The position numbers and the translations under genes were made by a program. The notes under the pieces were generated by a model that saw nothing but the letters and a program-made list of their open reading frames with translations, did not search any database and had not been told where the DNA came from. Source: Squalus acanthias (lineage: Eukaryota). From it: a stretch of 64,000 bases of DNA. The stretch is from the NCBI GenBank assembly GCA_030390025.1, contig CM059431.1:101620001-101684000 (forward strand), given 5' to 3'. Shown here one piece after another: positions 36,937 to 49,553 of this stretch; within the stretch, counting starts at the first letter, position 1, and each line of letters starts with the position of its first letter.

Positions 36937-37554
36937 ACCCAGATGCTGAAGGAACCATTGTGTATTTCCAGTATTTTCTGTCACACTCAGTAAAATAACA
37001 GGGGGGTGAGTTAAAGGTATGATTTACTGAGCGTGTTGTGTCTGTCAGGATTTTTTCTGTTTGTTTAGGAAGGGTAACAAGAGCAGATGCTTTTTAATCA
37101 GATAATTGTAAATTTATACTGCGGACGTGACAGGTTAAAGAAAAAACACACTTTCCCCGAGGCAGAAATGCTTTTCTGAAAATGTTACTGAAATATAGAA
37201 GAAAAAGCAAATAGCCCTCCACCAAGTTCAGAATGTGTATTTGGCACTTGTTGAAATAAAGCAGAATCTGTTTTAAATTCACTCTGTACAACTCGGTCAT
37301 CCGGCTGGTTAACTCTCCAACAGGAGGTGACGCCTACTCGATGTTGGCATTGTTTGAGTGATCCGAGTGTTTGAAAGTGCAAATGCCAATCCAACATTTG
37401 GCGTCCCTGACTTTTGGTCTGTATCCAAGCGACCTTTAGTTTGGATCTTGAAAGAAATACCAAGCGCGAGAGTTGGCGGAAGACTGGGGCAAATTAGAAT
37501 TGCCTGAACCCAGATGTTCTCCGTCTGACTGGGCTCCAGCTAATCAGTTAGATC

Positions 37555-38160
37555 AACAACTTGCATTTGTATAGCGCCTTTAATGTCCCCAGGTGCGATC
37601 ATCAAACAAAGTTTGACAGCGAGCCACACGAGGGATCAGGGCAGATGTCCAAAAGCTTGGTCAAAGAGGTCGGTTGGATCGTAATACTCTCCCGGGTGAG
37701 CTCACCTGGTGGCACGCACTGGCTGCTTGGCCTACATTGGCTCCCGGTCCGGCAACGCCTCGATTTTAAAATTCTCGTCTTTGTTTTTCAAATCCCTCCA
37801 TGGCCTCCTCACCCCCCTCCCTATCTCTGTGACCTCCTCCAGCTTAAAGGAGGAGAGGCACGGAGAGGTTTAGGCAGGGAATTCCAGAGCTTAGGGCCCA
37901 GGCAGCCGAAGGCACGGCCGCCAATGGTGGAGCGAAGGAAATCGGGGATGCGCAAGTGGCCAGAGTTAGAGGAGCGCAGAGATCTCGGAGGGTTGTGCGG
38001 CTGGAGGAGGTTACAGAGATAGGGAGGGGGGTTCGGAGGCCACGGAGGGATTTGAAAAACCAGGATGAGAATTTTAAAATCGAGCCGTTGCTGGACCGGG
38101 AGCCAATGTAGGCCAAGCAGACAGTGCGTGCCACCAGGTGAGCTCACCTGGGAGAGTATT
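37555..38160 (-). mobile_element. L2 3' fragment containing an inverted duplication of its own 5' junction
   Basis: 37683-37843 is the reverse complement of 38000-38160. Confidence 0.85.
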
Positions 38161-38726
38161 GCGAGCCTGCCCTCACCAGATGTGCATAATTAGTACCTTC
38201 CCGGATAGCACTCTGTAGCGGGGAAACCGGTCTTGATTTATTTTTTTCCCCTCTTCCTTGTCCAAGATCACTGAAGCTGCGAGGGGGGCCTGTCCAGCTG
38301 CTGATCTGGTTAGCGGTCAGCCAGCTCCTCGCAGACCAAAAGCTGACTGTGCCCGGCCCGTGTGGCTCCGCACTACACCAGGCCACGCACTCGCCCTCTG
38401 AAACATGGGGGCAGCTCAAGAAAGTCGTATTTAATGCTGCACATCCTATCCAAGATGCAATTCTTTGGCATTTCTGGTTTAATTAAGTGGGCGCCGAAGG
38501 TTGGAATGCTTTGGCAGACAGTAATGGTCTGGCGCGTACCCAAGAGTACATGGAATCATTTTCTTTTGAGACAGATGCAGCTAAGCGTTGGCATCAACTC
38601 AATAGCCATCTAAGTCCACAATTAGCTGCAAATTGGATCCGTTCTGAGGCTGCTTCAGGGATGAAGCAAAATAATCCACTCTGTCCAGTAATGTAAATCA
38701 TTGCTGCAATTACTACATGTGATTTG

Positions 38727-39717
38727 GTGTCGGCCATGGCTCAGTGGGCAGCACTCTCACCTCTGATTCCCAGTGTTGTGGGTTTGAGGCCCACTCCAGA
38801 GATTTGGACATAAACATCTAGGTTGACACTCCCATTGCAGCACTGAGAGCGCGCTGCACTGTCAGAGGGGCAGCACTGAGGGAGCACTCCACTGTCAGAG
38901 GGGCAGCACTGAGGGAGCACTCCACTGTCAGAGGGTCAGTACTGAGGGAGCACTCCACTGTCGGAGGGGCAGTACTGAGGGAGCGCTGCACTGTCAGAGG
39001 GGCAGCACTGAGGGAGCGCTCCACTGTTGGAGGGGCAGTCCTGAGGGAGCCCCGCACTGTCGGAGGGGCAGTCCTGAGGGAGCGCCGCACTGTCGGAGGG
39101 GCAGTCCTGAGGGAGCCCCGCACTGTCGGAGGGGCAGTCCTGAGGGAGCGCTGCACTTTCGGAGGGGCAGTACTGAGGGAGCGCCGCACTATCGGAGGGG
39201 CAGTACTGAGGGAGCGCTGCACTGTCGGAGGGGCAGTATCGAGGGAGTGCCGCACTGTCGGAGGGGCAGTACTGAGGGAGTGCCGCACTGTCGGAGGGGC
39301 AGTACTGAGGGAGCGCCGCACTGTCGGCGGGGCAGTACTGAGGGAGCGCTACACTGTCGGAGGGGCAGTGCTGAGGGAGCGCCGCACTGTCGGAGGTGCC
39401 GTCTTTCAGATGAGACGATTAAACCAAGGCCCCGTCTTCCCCCTCAAGTGGACGTAAAAGATCCCATGGCACTATTTTGAAGAAGAGCAGGGGAGTTCTC
39501 CCCGGTGTCCTGGGGCCAATATTTATCCCTCAACCAACATCACTAAAACAGATTATCTGGTCATTATCACATTGCTGTTTGTGGGAGCTTGCTGTGCGCA
39601 AATTGGCTGCTGCGTTTCCTGCATTACAACAGTGACCACACTTCAAAAAAGTACTTCATTGTTTTGTGACATCCTGAGGTTGTGAAAGGTGCTATAAAAA
39701 TGCAAGTCTTTCTTTCA
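38727..39717 (+). mobile_element. DeuSINE with internal 33-bp minisatellite (~38836-39397, ~17 units)
   Basis: A/B boxes, array, Deu domain, (CTTT) tail. Confidence 0.92.
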
Positions 39718-40273
39718 GTGGCCCCAACATCTTAAGATGGTGTATAGCTGGAAAAAAAACCTCCTTTATTAAAAATTCAGCTGAAATCCAGAGTTGGATT
39801 CACACGTGGTAATTGTAGCAATAATTCACTTTATTGTAATTTAATTTAATTGTCATTTTTACAAGCAGTAATTGTTGTGAAATATAGAAAACAGTAATTT
39901 CGGTATTCATTGTTGTATCCAATTCTACAAACGTTAATTTTATTCTTGCCTGTAGAATTCAGGAAGCTCTCCAGTAAAATTCCTTGCTTAGTTTGAAAGA
40001 TGTTCTTCAGACTTTAGAAACCCTTCACATTCAACTGTGAATTCGAGCAGTCCTGCCGCCCCTTCCTGCTCTCATGTTGGTTGTTACAGCTGCAGCTTTG
40101 AAGTTGACCCTTACAATCCCGCAGTCGCTGGACACGGGGGAAATGTTCGGTGAAGAGCCACGTACGTTTGGTAAATTGCCAGTTTAGCGCTCGGCCCTTA
40201 ACACGACAAGTGAAGATTTTGAGCACGACCACTGTGCTTGTTAATTGTATTCAGGCGGTGGGTATTAATTGGG

Positions 40274-40275
<2 letters not shown>

Positions 40276-40345
<70 letters not shown>

Positions 40346-40356
40346 TTCTCTCTCTC
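40276..40356. repeat. (CT)n microsatellite
   Basis: Directly visible. Confidence 0.97.
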
Positions 40357-40555
40357 GCTTGTGTTCGTGCGTATGGGAGGAGGCTCGGGAAGTGGGGCAA
40401 GCTTATCTTGAGGGGGTGCCCGGCATGTAATGCGTGTCTCTGTAAGTAAAGGCTTGTAAGTGACTGAAGACTTGGCTCTCGTATACCGTCCTTCACCGTC
40501 TGGCGCTCCGACTTTCACAATGCTACCTGGTGAAACGGAACGTGTTGCCTCACGC

Positions 40556-41758
40556 TCGGGCTGCCAACTCTGGTTGGACGTATTCCTGGAGAGCTCATCA
40601 CAGGATTACACAGGATATACGGCACAGAAACAGGCCATTCGGCCCAACCAGTCCATGCCGGCATTTACGCTCCACTCGAGCTTCCTCCCGTCTTTCCTCA
40701 TCTAAATCTATCGGCATAACCTTCTATTCCCTTCTCCCTCATATGCTTGTCCAGCCTCCCCTGAAATGCATCTAAACTATTCGCTTCAACCACTCCCTGT
40801 GGTAGCGAGTTCCACATTCTCACCACTCTCTGGGTAAAGAAGTTTCTTCTGAATTCCCTATCGGATTTCTTGGTGACTACCTTATATTGATGGCCTCTAG
40901 TTATGCTCTTCCCCACAAGTGGAAACATTCTCTCTGTATCCACTCTATCAAAATTTTTCATAATTTTAAAGACCTTTATTTAACATCCCTAAGCCTTTTT
41001 TCAAGAGAAAAGAGACCCAGCCTGTTCATCCTTTCCTGATATGTATACCCTCGCATTTCTGGTATCATCCTTGTAAATATTCTCTGCACCCACTACATCA
41101 TTTTTATAATCTGGCAACCAGAACTGCACACAGTGTGGTCTAACCAAGGTTCGATACAGGTTTAGCATAACTTCCCCACTTTTCAATTCTATCCCTCTAG
41201 AAATAAACCCTAGTGCTTGGTTTGCTTTTTTTATGGCCTTGCTAACCTGTGTCGCAACTTTTAATGATTTGTGTATTTGTACTCCGAGATCCCTTTGCTC
41301 CTCTACCCCACCCAGACTCGCACCCTCCAAGTGATAAGTGACCTCCCTATTCTTCCTACCAAAATGTAATACCTCACATTTATCTGTGTTGAACTTCATT
41401 TGCCAATTATTTGCTCATTCTGCAAGTTTATTAATGTTCTCCTGTAATTTGTTGCTGTCCTCCTCAGTATTGACTATTCCCCCCAATTTAGTGTCATCCG
41501 CAAATTTAGAACTTGCACATGACCTCCTGCCTCCAAATGTCCCCGTCCCCCCCCCCCCACTCCCGCCATTGTTCATCCGACATGTCCATCCTCGCGGCGC
41601 CCAACCGTCCCACGCCAATCAGAAAGCGTGCAAGGAAAATGTCAAAATATGAATTGATCCGATGATTTTTCTCCCAGGTGTTGCTGGCAGCAGCGTCTTG
41701 GGACTTAGTCTTGAACTCCTGGAGGCTCCAGGGCAATCCTGGAGGGTTGGCAACCCTA
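40556..41758 (+). mobile_element. hAT-like (possibly Blackjack-type) MITE split by a reverse CR1 (~40598-41510)
   Basis: Termini TCGGGCTGCCAAC / GTTGGCAACCCTA. Imperfect 8-bp TSD CCTCACGC / CCTCACAA. Confidence 0.65.
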
Positions 41759-41829
41759 CCTCACAAAACGAGGACGTCTTGGGGGAGGAGGTGTTAGATT
41801 TTATGCTCCTGTCCAGAACCAACCGTACA

Positions 41830-43260
41830 CAGGAACAGGAGGAGGCCATTCAGCCCCTCGAGCCTGTTCCACCATTCAATGAGATCATGGCTGATCTGCG
41901 ACCTAACTCCATATACCCGCCTTTGCCCCATATCCCTTAATACCTTTGGTTAAAGAAAATCTATCAATCTCTGATTTAAAATTAACAATTGATCGAGCAT
42001 CAATTGTTATTTGCGGAAGAGAGTTCCAAACTTCTACCACCCTTTGTGTGTAGACGTGTTTCCTAATTTCACTCTTTAAAGGTCTGGCTCTATTTTTTAG
42101 ACGATGCCCCCTCGTCCTAGACTCCCCAACCAGCGGAAATAGTTTCTCTCTATCTACCCCATCAGTTTCCCTTAATATCTTGAAAAATTCAATCAAATCA
42201 CCCCTTAACCTTCTAAATTCCAGGGAATACAATCCTAATTCGTGTCATCTCTCTTGGTAATTTAACCCTTGAAGTCCGGGTATCATTCTGGTAAAAGTGG
42301 TAAAGGGAAGAAGTGAAAATTCTTTGGTGCAGCTGTAACCCTTGCACTTGCAGTGGGGGAAGTGCTTATGAGACCATGAACTGATTCCAAAACTGCACTG
42401 ATCGTTTCGAAAGTGAAGAACCTAATTATGGCCAGTGTCTGCAAAGCAGAGATTAGAAATCATGGTGACTGGATCTTGGATGGTTTTAACCTGTTTTCAT
42501 GAAAGGGCCTGAGATACAAATTAAACACACAAAAAACTGCAAATGGTTGAAATCTGAAACGAACACAGAAAATGGTGGAACCACTCCGAAGGGTCAAACA
42601 GTCAGAATCAGTGGAGAGAGACTGAGTTAACGTTTCCGGTCGATGATGACCGACCTGTGTGCTCCACGTTTTCTGTTTTTATCTCAGACACAAGCAACAA
42701 CTTGCATTTATATAGCGCCTATAATGTAGTAAACATAGGAACAGGAGGAGGCCATTCAGCCCCTCGAGCCTGTTCCGCCATTCAGTGAGATCATGGTTGA
42801 TCTGCGACCTAACTCCATACACCCGCCTTTGGCCCATATCCCTTCATACCTCTGGTTAACAGAAATCCATCAATCTCAGATTTAAAATTAACAATTGATC
42901 CAGCATCAATTACCATTTGCAGAGTTCCAAACTTCTACCACCCTTTGTGTGTAGAAGTGTTTCCTAACTTCACTCCTGAAAGGTCTGGCTCTAATTTTTT
43001 AACTGTGTCCCCCCATTACTACTTGTGGATCCAACTTTTGGGACCCAAAACGTCCCAAGATCCTTCACGGGAGCGATTTATCAAACAAAATTTGACACCG
43101 AGCCACATAGAGAGATATTAGGGCAGGTGACTTGGTCAAAGAGGCTAGGTTTTAAGGAGCGTCTTAAAGGAGGAGAGAGGCGGAGAGGTTCAGGGACAGA
43201 ATTCCGGAGCTTGGGGCCCAAGGCAACAGAAGGCACGGCCGCCAATGGTAGAGCGATGGA
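41830..43260 (-). mobile_element. CR1 (~41830-42295, ~42735-43010) and L2 (~43050-43260) fragments
   Basis: Family-diagnostic sequences. Confidence 0.82.
42545..42690. mobile_element. Degenerate copy of the second Penelope-like terminus
   Basis: ACAGAAAATG...GGAGAGAG...GAGTTAACGTTTCCGGTCGATGA resembles 27592-27688, followed by an inverted TTTTCTGTTTTT. The CUGANGA core is lost. Confidence 0.5.
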
Positions 43261-43737
43261 AATATCACTTGTGTAAACTCCAAACACTTGTAAGCAACGA
43301 TTTTGATCATTGCTGACATTAAGTATGAAATACTATTTGTGTTTCACCAGTTCCTTGTTATTTTAGGAAGGTATCTGTTTCTTGAGAGAAGAAGGCAACA
43401 TTTTTCAATGAATCTTCACATTTTACTTGGCCTTTGAACAATGTAGCTTAGTTTAGAACGCAGAATGAATTTCTCTCTCATAGTTTTACATACGTTTTCT
43501 TTCTTGATTTACTTTAGCCACCGCTCTATAGAAGCTGTTGTGACCTGGAGACCTCTCCTGAAGTGGATTGCTGCCATGCCTCTATCTGATAAAGAAACCC
43601 GTTTCTGTAAAGTCAGCTTTATATCGAGTCCGCATGCTGCGGTGTACAGGACAGCAGAACACTTGTTTTCCAGTTGTGGGCTAAACTGCAACAGGTTCAG
43701 GCAGAAGATGAAATATTAGGATCATGGGCAAACATTG

Positions 43738-44570
43738 AGTGTCAGCCTGTGGCTCAGTGGGCAGCACTCTCGCCTCTGAATCAGAAGGTCGTGGGTTCAA
43801 GTCCCGCTCCAGAGACTTGAGCACAAAAATCTAGGCTGACACTCCCAGTGCAGTGCTGAGGGAGCGCCGCACTGTCGAAGGGGCTGTACTGAGGGAGCGC
43901 CGCACTGTCGAAGGGGCTGTACTGAGGGAGCGCTGCACTGTCGAAGGGGCAGTGCTGAGGGAGTGCCGCACTGTTGGAGGGGCAGTACTGAGGGAGCGCC
44001 GCACTGTCGGAGCGGCAGTACTGAGGGAGCTCTGCACTGTCGGAGGGGCAGTACTGAGGGAGCGCCGCACTGTCGGAGGGGCAGTACTGAGGGAGCTCTG
44101 CACTGTCGGAGGGGCAGTACTGAGGGAGCGCTGCACTGTCGGAGGGGCAGTACTGAGGGAGCGCCGCACTGTCGGAGGGTCAGTACTGAGGGAGCGCGGC
44201 ACTGTCGGAGGGGCAGTACTGAGGGAGTGCTGCGCTGGTGGACGTGTCGTCTTTTGGATGAGACGTTAAACTGAGGCCCCGTCTGCTCTCAGGTGGACAT
44301 AAAAGCACTATTTTGAAGAAGAGCAGGGGAGTTCTCCCCGGTGTCCTGGGGCCAATATTTATCCCTCAACCAACATCACTAAAAAAAAACACGATTATCT
44401 GGTCATTATCACATTGCTGTTTGTGGGAGCTTGCTGTGCGCAAATTGGCTGCCGCGTTTCCTACGTTACAACAGTGACTACAGTTCAAAAAGTACTTCGT
44501 TAGCTGTAAAATATTTTGGGAAGTCCTGAGGTCGTGAAAGGCGCTATAGAAATGCAAGTCTTTCTTTCTT
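43738..44570 (+). mobile_element. DeuSINE with internal 33-bp minisatellite (~43851-44230, ~11-12 units)
   Basis: A box TGGCTCAGTGG, B box GGTTCAAGTCC, array, body, tail. Confidence 0.92.
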
Positions 44571-44647
44571 AAACATGCTCACATTACAAAAACCGTAAGT
44601 AATCTTCCATTTCTTTTGAAGATGATGAGTGAATACCCCACCTAATA

Positions 44648-45125
44648 AAGAAAGACTTGCATTTCTATAGCGCCTTTCGCAAGCTCAGGACGTCTCAAAG
44701 CGTTTTACAGCCAATGAAGTACTTTTGAAGTGTAGTCACTGTTGTAATGTGGGAAACGCGGCAGCCAATTTGCGCACAGCAAGCTCCCACAAAAAAGAGT
44801 GTGATAATGACCAGCAATGTGATAAACGGCCAGATAATCTAGTAGGTTGAGGGATAAATATTGGCCAAGACAACAAAGAGAGAACTCCGCTGCTCTTCTT
44901 CGAAATAGTGCTATGGGATCCGCTACGTCCACCCGAGAGAGCCGACGGGGCCTCGGTTTAACGTCTCGTCTGAAAGACGGCACCTCCGACAGTGCAGCAC
45001 TCCCTCAGCACTGCACTGGAGTGTCAGCCTGGAATTTTGTGCTCAAGTCTCTGGAATGGGAACTTGAACCCACAACCTTCTGACTCAGAGGGAGAGAGAG
45101 TGCGACCTACTGAGCCACGGCTGAT
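44648..45125 (-). mobile_element. Full-length monomeric DeuSINE
   Basis: Complete head, body and tail with a single 33-bp unit. Confidence 0.9.
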
Positions 45126-45969
45126 ACTGACTGAGAACAAGCGAGCTATTTCAGTTATATGTTTGTGGTCTGATTCTTAATTTTTCTTTTCTGGTTGGCA
45201 TTCGGACCCAGAAATAGAATTTTGGAATCTACCGAACCTTCCACTCATTTCACAGAAAGCCTAGGAAGAAGTGAGATCACTTCCTGGCTACAGTATATTT
45301 TTACAATCAGATAGAAGTTGTGGTAGGTGCCAGTGAATGCTGCAGAAACCAACACTCCCCAGAAACGGACGCCTGCAGTAAAGGGACACTTCATGAGCGA
45401 CTCAAATAAATGACCTGGTAAAATATACAAGAGGCACTCTGAAACCGCGGACACTCGCAAACTGCAAAGGACGGGACGGCCTCGCGTGCACCAAGTATCT
45501 TTTTGCAACTGAAAACACCGGGCAACAGCCTGTTGTGAAGCTGCTGTGTCCGGGTTTTTGGTGGGGTCGGGATCACTGGCGCCTCCCTGTGTAGCTGGCC
45601 TCCTTCCTGCCCCCCCCCCCCCCCCAAAGTTCCCGTGAGTTCAGCGGATGCCGATCGGCGCACGGCGGCAGCGGGCTTTTGTGAAAGGAACGTCCTTTGT
45701 GGAGTGGCGAGCTCTTTAGCCAGCGTGCACAGCAGCGGAGAAACGGCGCTATCTCTGGGATTGAAAGCTGGCGTGGCTCTGTCCCAGGAGAGAGAGAGCG
45801 CTTTCTCTGCCACTATGGGTGCTGGGTAAAGAAATCCCCATTCTACTGACATTTTTTTTCAGTGCATACAATGCCCATTTTGAAAATAAGGACACCTGCA
45901 AAAGTAGGACACCTGATGCCAGTCCCTAAAGTGTCCGTAATTTACAGGTTTCACTGTACTCCTTTGATC

Positions 45970-47340
45970 TCCACCACCGCCGGCGCACCGTGGCTGCAGT
46001 GTGTACCATCTACAAGATGCACTGCAGCAACTCGCCAAGGCTCATTCGGCAGCACCTCCCAAACCCGCGACCTCTTCCACCTCGAAGGACAAGGGCAGCA
46101 GGCGCATGGGAACACCACCACCTCCAAGTTCCCCTCCAAGTCACACACCATCCTGACTTGGAAATATATCGGCCGTTCCTTCATCGTGGCCGGGTCAAAA
46201 TCCTGGAACTCCCTCCCTGACAGCACTGTGGGAGCACCTTCGCCACACGGACTGCAGCGGTTCAAGAAGGCAGCTCACCACCACCTTCTCGAGGGCAATT
46301 AGGGGATGGGCAACAAATGCTGGCATTGCCAGCGACGCCCACATCCCATGAATTAATTTTAAAAAAAATCTGAATTCGACCGATTTATAACCCACTGCGG
46401 TTTAGCTATTCAGCATTTTAGTAACCTGTTTTGCTGCGATTTGGAACGTTTGGCACTTCTACAGCAGAGGATTTCCTGTTACTGCAGTTCACTAGTTTCC
46501 ACATTGAACATCTGCAACTGTAGTGTGCTTATCTTCAGTAAAGGTTGTACACAGCAGCAGCAGTCTGTGTCAGACTCATTTGTTGTGATGAGCACAGTGT
46601 GGAAACTATTTCCCTGTGACGTTTCTTCAGTCATAAGAAAAGTCAGGAATGCGCAAAAAATTAATTTGGCCCTTTAAGTACATTAATCCTCATTTTGGTA
46701 TCTGACTATTTAAAATGCCATGTTTTTTATTTATTCGTTCCTGGGATGTGGGCGTCGCTGGCAAAGCCAGCATTTATTGCCCATCCCTAGTTGCCCCTTG
46801 AGAAGGTGGTGGTGAGCCGCCTTCTTGAACCGCTGCAGTCCGTATGGTGAAGGTACTCCCACAGTGCTGTTAGGGAGGGAGTTCCAGGATTTTGATCCAG
46901 CGACGAAGAAGGAACAGCCGATATATTTCTGAGTCAGGATGGTGTGTGACTTGGAGGGGAACTTGGAGGTGATGGTGTTCCCATGCGTCTGCTACCCTTG
47001 TCCTTCGAGGTGGAAGAGCTCGTGGGTTTGAGAGGTGCTGCCGAAGAAGCCCTGGCGAGTTGCTGCAGTGCATCTTGTAGATGGTACACACTGCAGCCAC
47101 GGTACGCCGGTGGTGGAGGGAGTGAATGTTTAAGGTGGTGGATAGGGGGCCAATCATGCGGGCTGCTTTGTCCTGGATGGTGTCGAGCTTCTTGAGTGTT
47201 GTTGGAGCTGCACTCATTCAGGCAAGTGGAGAGTATTCTATCACACTCCTGACTTGTGCCTTGTAGATGGTGGAAAGGCTTTGTGGGGTCAGGAGGTGAG
47301 ACACTCGCCGCAGAATACCCAGCCTCTGACCTGCTCTTGT
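45970..47340. mobile_element. Two tail-to-tail 3' fragments of a poly(A)-tailed CR1/Jockey-group LINE (+ ~45970-46368; - ~46722-47340)
   Basis: TLKKLDTIQDKAAR, LHHRRTVAAVCTIYKMH, WNSLP. 3' nested hairpin followed by an A-rich tail. Confidence 0.8.
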
Positions 47341-48406
47341 TATGCTGCTTGGTAGATTATTCCAGACATGCAATCAATATTTGAATAAAGAAATTTTCCT
47401 GATGTCTGTTTTTAATGCAGTTTTTCACTAATTACCTTTTAGGCCTTCTGGTCTGACTTCCTTGATGTCCCTGAAGTAATCGAGCTTTATTTTATCATAT
47501 TATCTGGCATAAAAATAAAACAAAAAAGGTGACTCAACCGTGGCTAACAAGGGAAATTAGGGATAGCATAAGATCCAAGGGGAGGACATATAAATTGTTC
47601 AGAAAAAGCAGCAAACCTGAGGATTGGGAGCAGTTTAGGATTCAGCAAAGGAGGACAAAGGGATTAATTAAGAGGGGGGGAAATAAAATATGAGAGTAAG
47701 CTTGCAGGGAACATAAAAACTGACTGTAAAAGCTTCTATAGATATGTGAAGAGAAAAAGATTGGTGAAGTCAAGCGTAGGTCCCTTGCACTCAGAATCAG
47801 GGGAATTTATAATGGGAGACAAAGAAATGGCAGACCAATTAAATACATACTTTGGTTCTGTCTTCACAAAGGAGGACACAAATAACCTCCCAGAGATCTC
47901 GGGGAACATAGGGGGAAAAATTCAGTTGGTTGCGCCTCCCGTTAGCGCCTTAAGAGGGTGCTAATGGGGCGCGAAGCAACTAGCGCCTGGGCGCAGCGAT
48001 GTTTGCGCCGCTCACGAACTTAACTAGACATTTTGCGGCGGCGCTAAACTTTACCGCCGCGATCTCCTGCGCACGCAGATCATGACGGCATACGAGGGTG
48101 CAACGCCCTTGTGGCGCCCCGGAGCGGAAATTGAGTGGCGCCCCCATCCTTTCCGCCTGGCGCTACCAACGACCGGAAGACTGGAACGCTGCCAGTCGCT
48201 GTGGGGCTGGGGGGGCGCTATTTAAAGGGGGCCTCTTCCTGTCTTTCTCTGTGGTTGACATTTTTGCACCACACGTTCTGAGAGAGAGAGAGAGAGATAG
48301 AGACTTCTGCATTGAGTCAACGCTGTGTGAGGTAGTTTTGGCTACTGATCATAACTTTGCAGGTACTTTGGTTTTTGGCCTTCATAACTTTGATTGCTAA
48401 GAGACT

Positions 48407-49553
48407 ATGGGGGCTGCACTGATTGGGGGCGTCGTCCTGCGCCACCAGAATCGGAGGACACAGAGACGCAGAGAGAGAGTGGCAATCATGGCCAGATGGA
48501 GGAGGGCCAACAGGCCTCTGTACAGGAGACCTTACCCTCCCAGGGTATATCGTCAACAGCTCTCCTACATTCATATGTCTGAGGAGCAGTGTTTACGAAG
48601 GCTGCGCTTCAGCAAGGAGGTGGTCACTGAGCTCTGCCACCTGCTGCAACCAGATCTGCAGCCTCAACTGAGGTCCAGGACGTCTCTGTCGGTGGCAGTG
48701 AAGATCACAGTGGCTCTGAACTTTTATGCCACTGGCTCATTTCAATCTGCTACTGGGGACATCGCCAATATCTCCCAGTTCGCGGTGCATTGCTGCATCC
48801 GTCAGGTCACAAATGCCCTCTTTAAAAGGAGACGAGAGTTCATCTCTTTCCCCAGACAAGCAGCGTGAACGCGCTCTGGGCTTTGCGAGGATAGCGGGCT
48901 TCCCCATGGTGCAGGGCGCCATTGACTGCACGCATGTGGCTTTGCGTGCTCCGCATGAGAATGCCGAGGATTTCCGGAACAGAAAGGGATTCCATTCCTT
49001 GAACGTTCAGTTGGTCTGTGACCACAGACAGCTGATACTCACTGTCAATGCCCACTATCCTGGCAGCTGCCACGATGCATTCATCCTGCGCCAGACTACT
49101 GTGGCAGAACTTTTCGAGGCACCGCATCAGCCAGTTGGTTGGCTTCTCGGGGACAAGGGATATCCACTGAGCACCTGGCTGATGACACTGCTCCGTACGC
49201 CCAACACCCCTGCTGAGCTGCGGTACAACGAGAGCCATCAAGCTACCAGGAACATCGTTGAGCACACAATCGGCGTGCTCAAGCAACGGTTCCGCTGTCT
49301 GGACCATTCTAGAGGAGCCCTGCAGTACTCGCCTGAGCGAGTTTCCCACTTCGTAGTTGTGTGCTGCATGCTGCATAACATGGCAATCGTCAGGACCCAG
49401 CCAATGCCACCAGGCCTTGGAGCACCACCAGAGGAGGAGGAGGAAGAGGAGGAGGAGGAGGATGATCATCAGCAGCACCAAGGCGGGAGGGCGGCCCACA
49501 ATGTAGAAACTGGAAGGGCCGTTCGTCAACGGCTGATAGCAAGCCGCTTCTAG
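48407..49553 (+). pseudogene. Harbinger (HARBI1-like) DDE transposase with one frameshift at ~48854
   Basis: ORF 48407-48868 (LRFSKE...[12 protein letters not shown]...HTH region...FISFP) continues in another frame in ORF 48726-49553 with [51 protein letters not shown] and CCMLHN. About 381 aa when joined. Confidence 0.93.

Noticed and set aside
36611..36984. SL-rich and ER-rich ORFs (also 40150-40518)
   Set aside because: Translations of CT/GA microsatellite tracts.
43738..43812. tRNA genes at A/B-box sequences
   Set aside because: They are SINE heads running directly into SINE bodies, and I could not fold a complete cloverleaf.
48848..48868. Programmed ribosomal frameshift in the transposase
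   Set aside because: No established precedent in Harbingers and no clear stimulatory signal. A small deletion or sequencing error is simpler.
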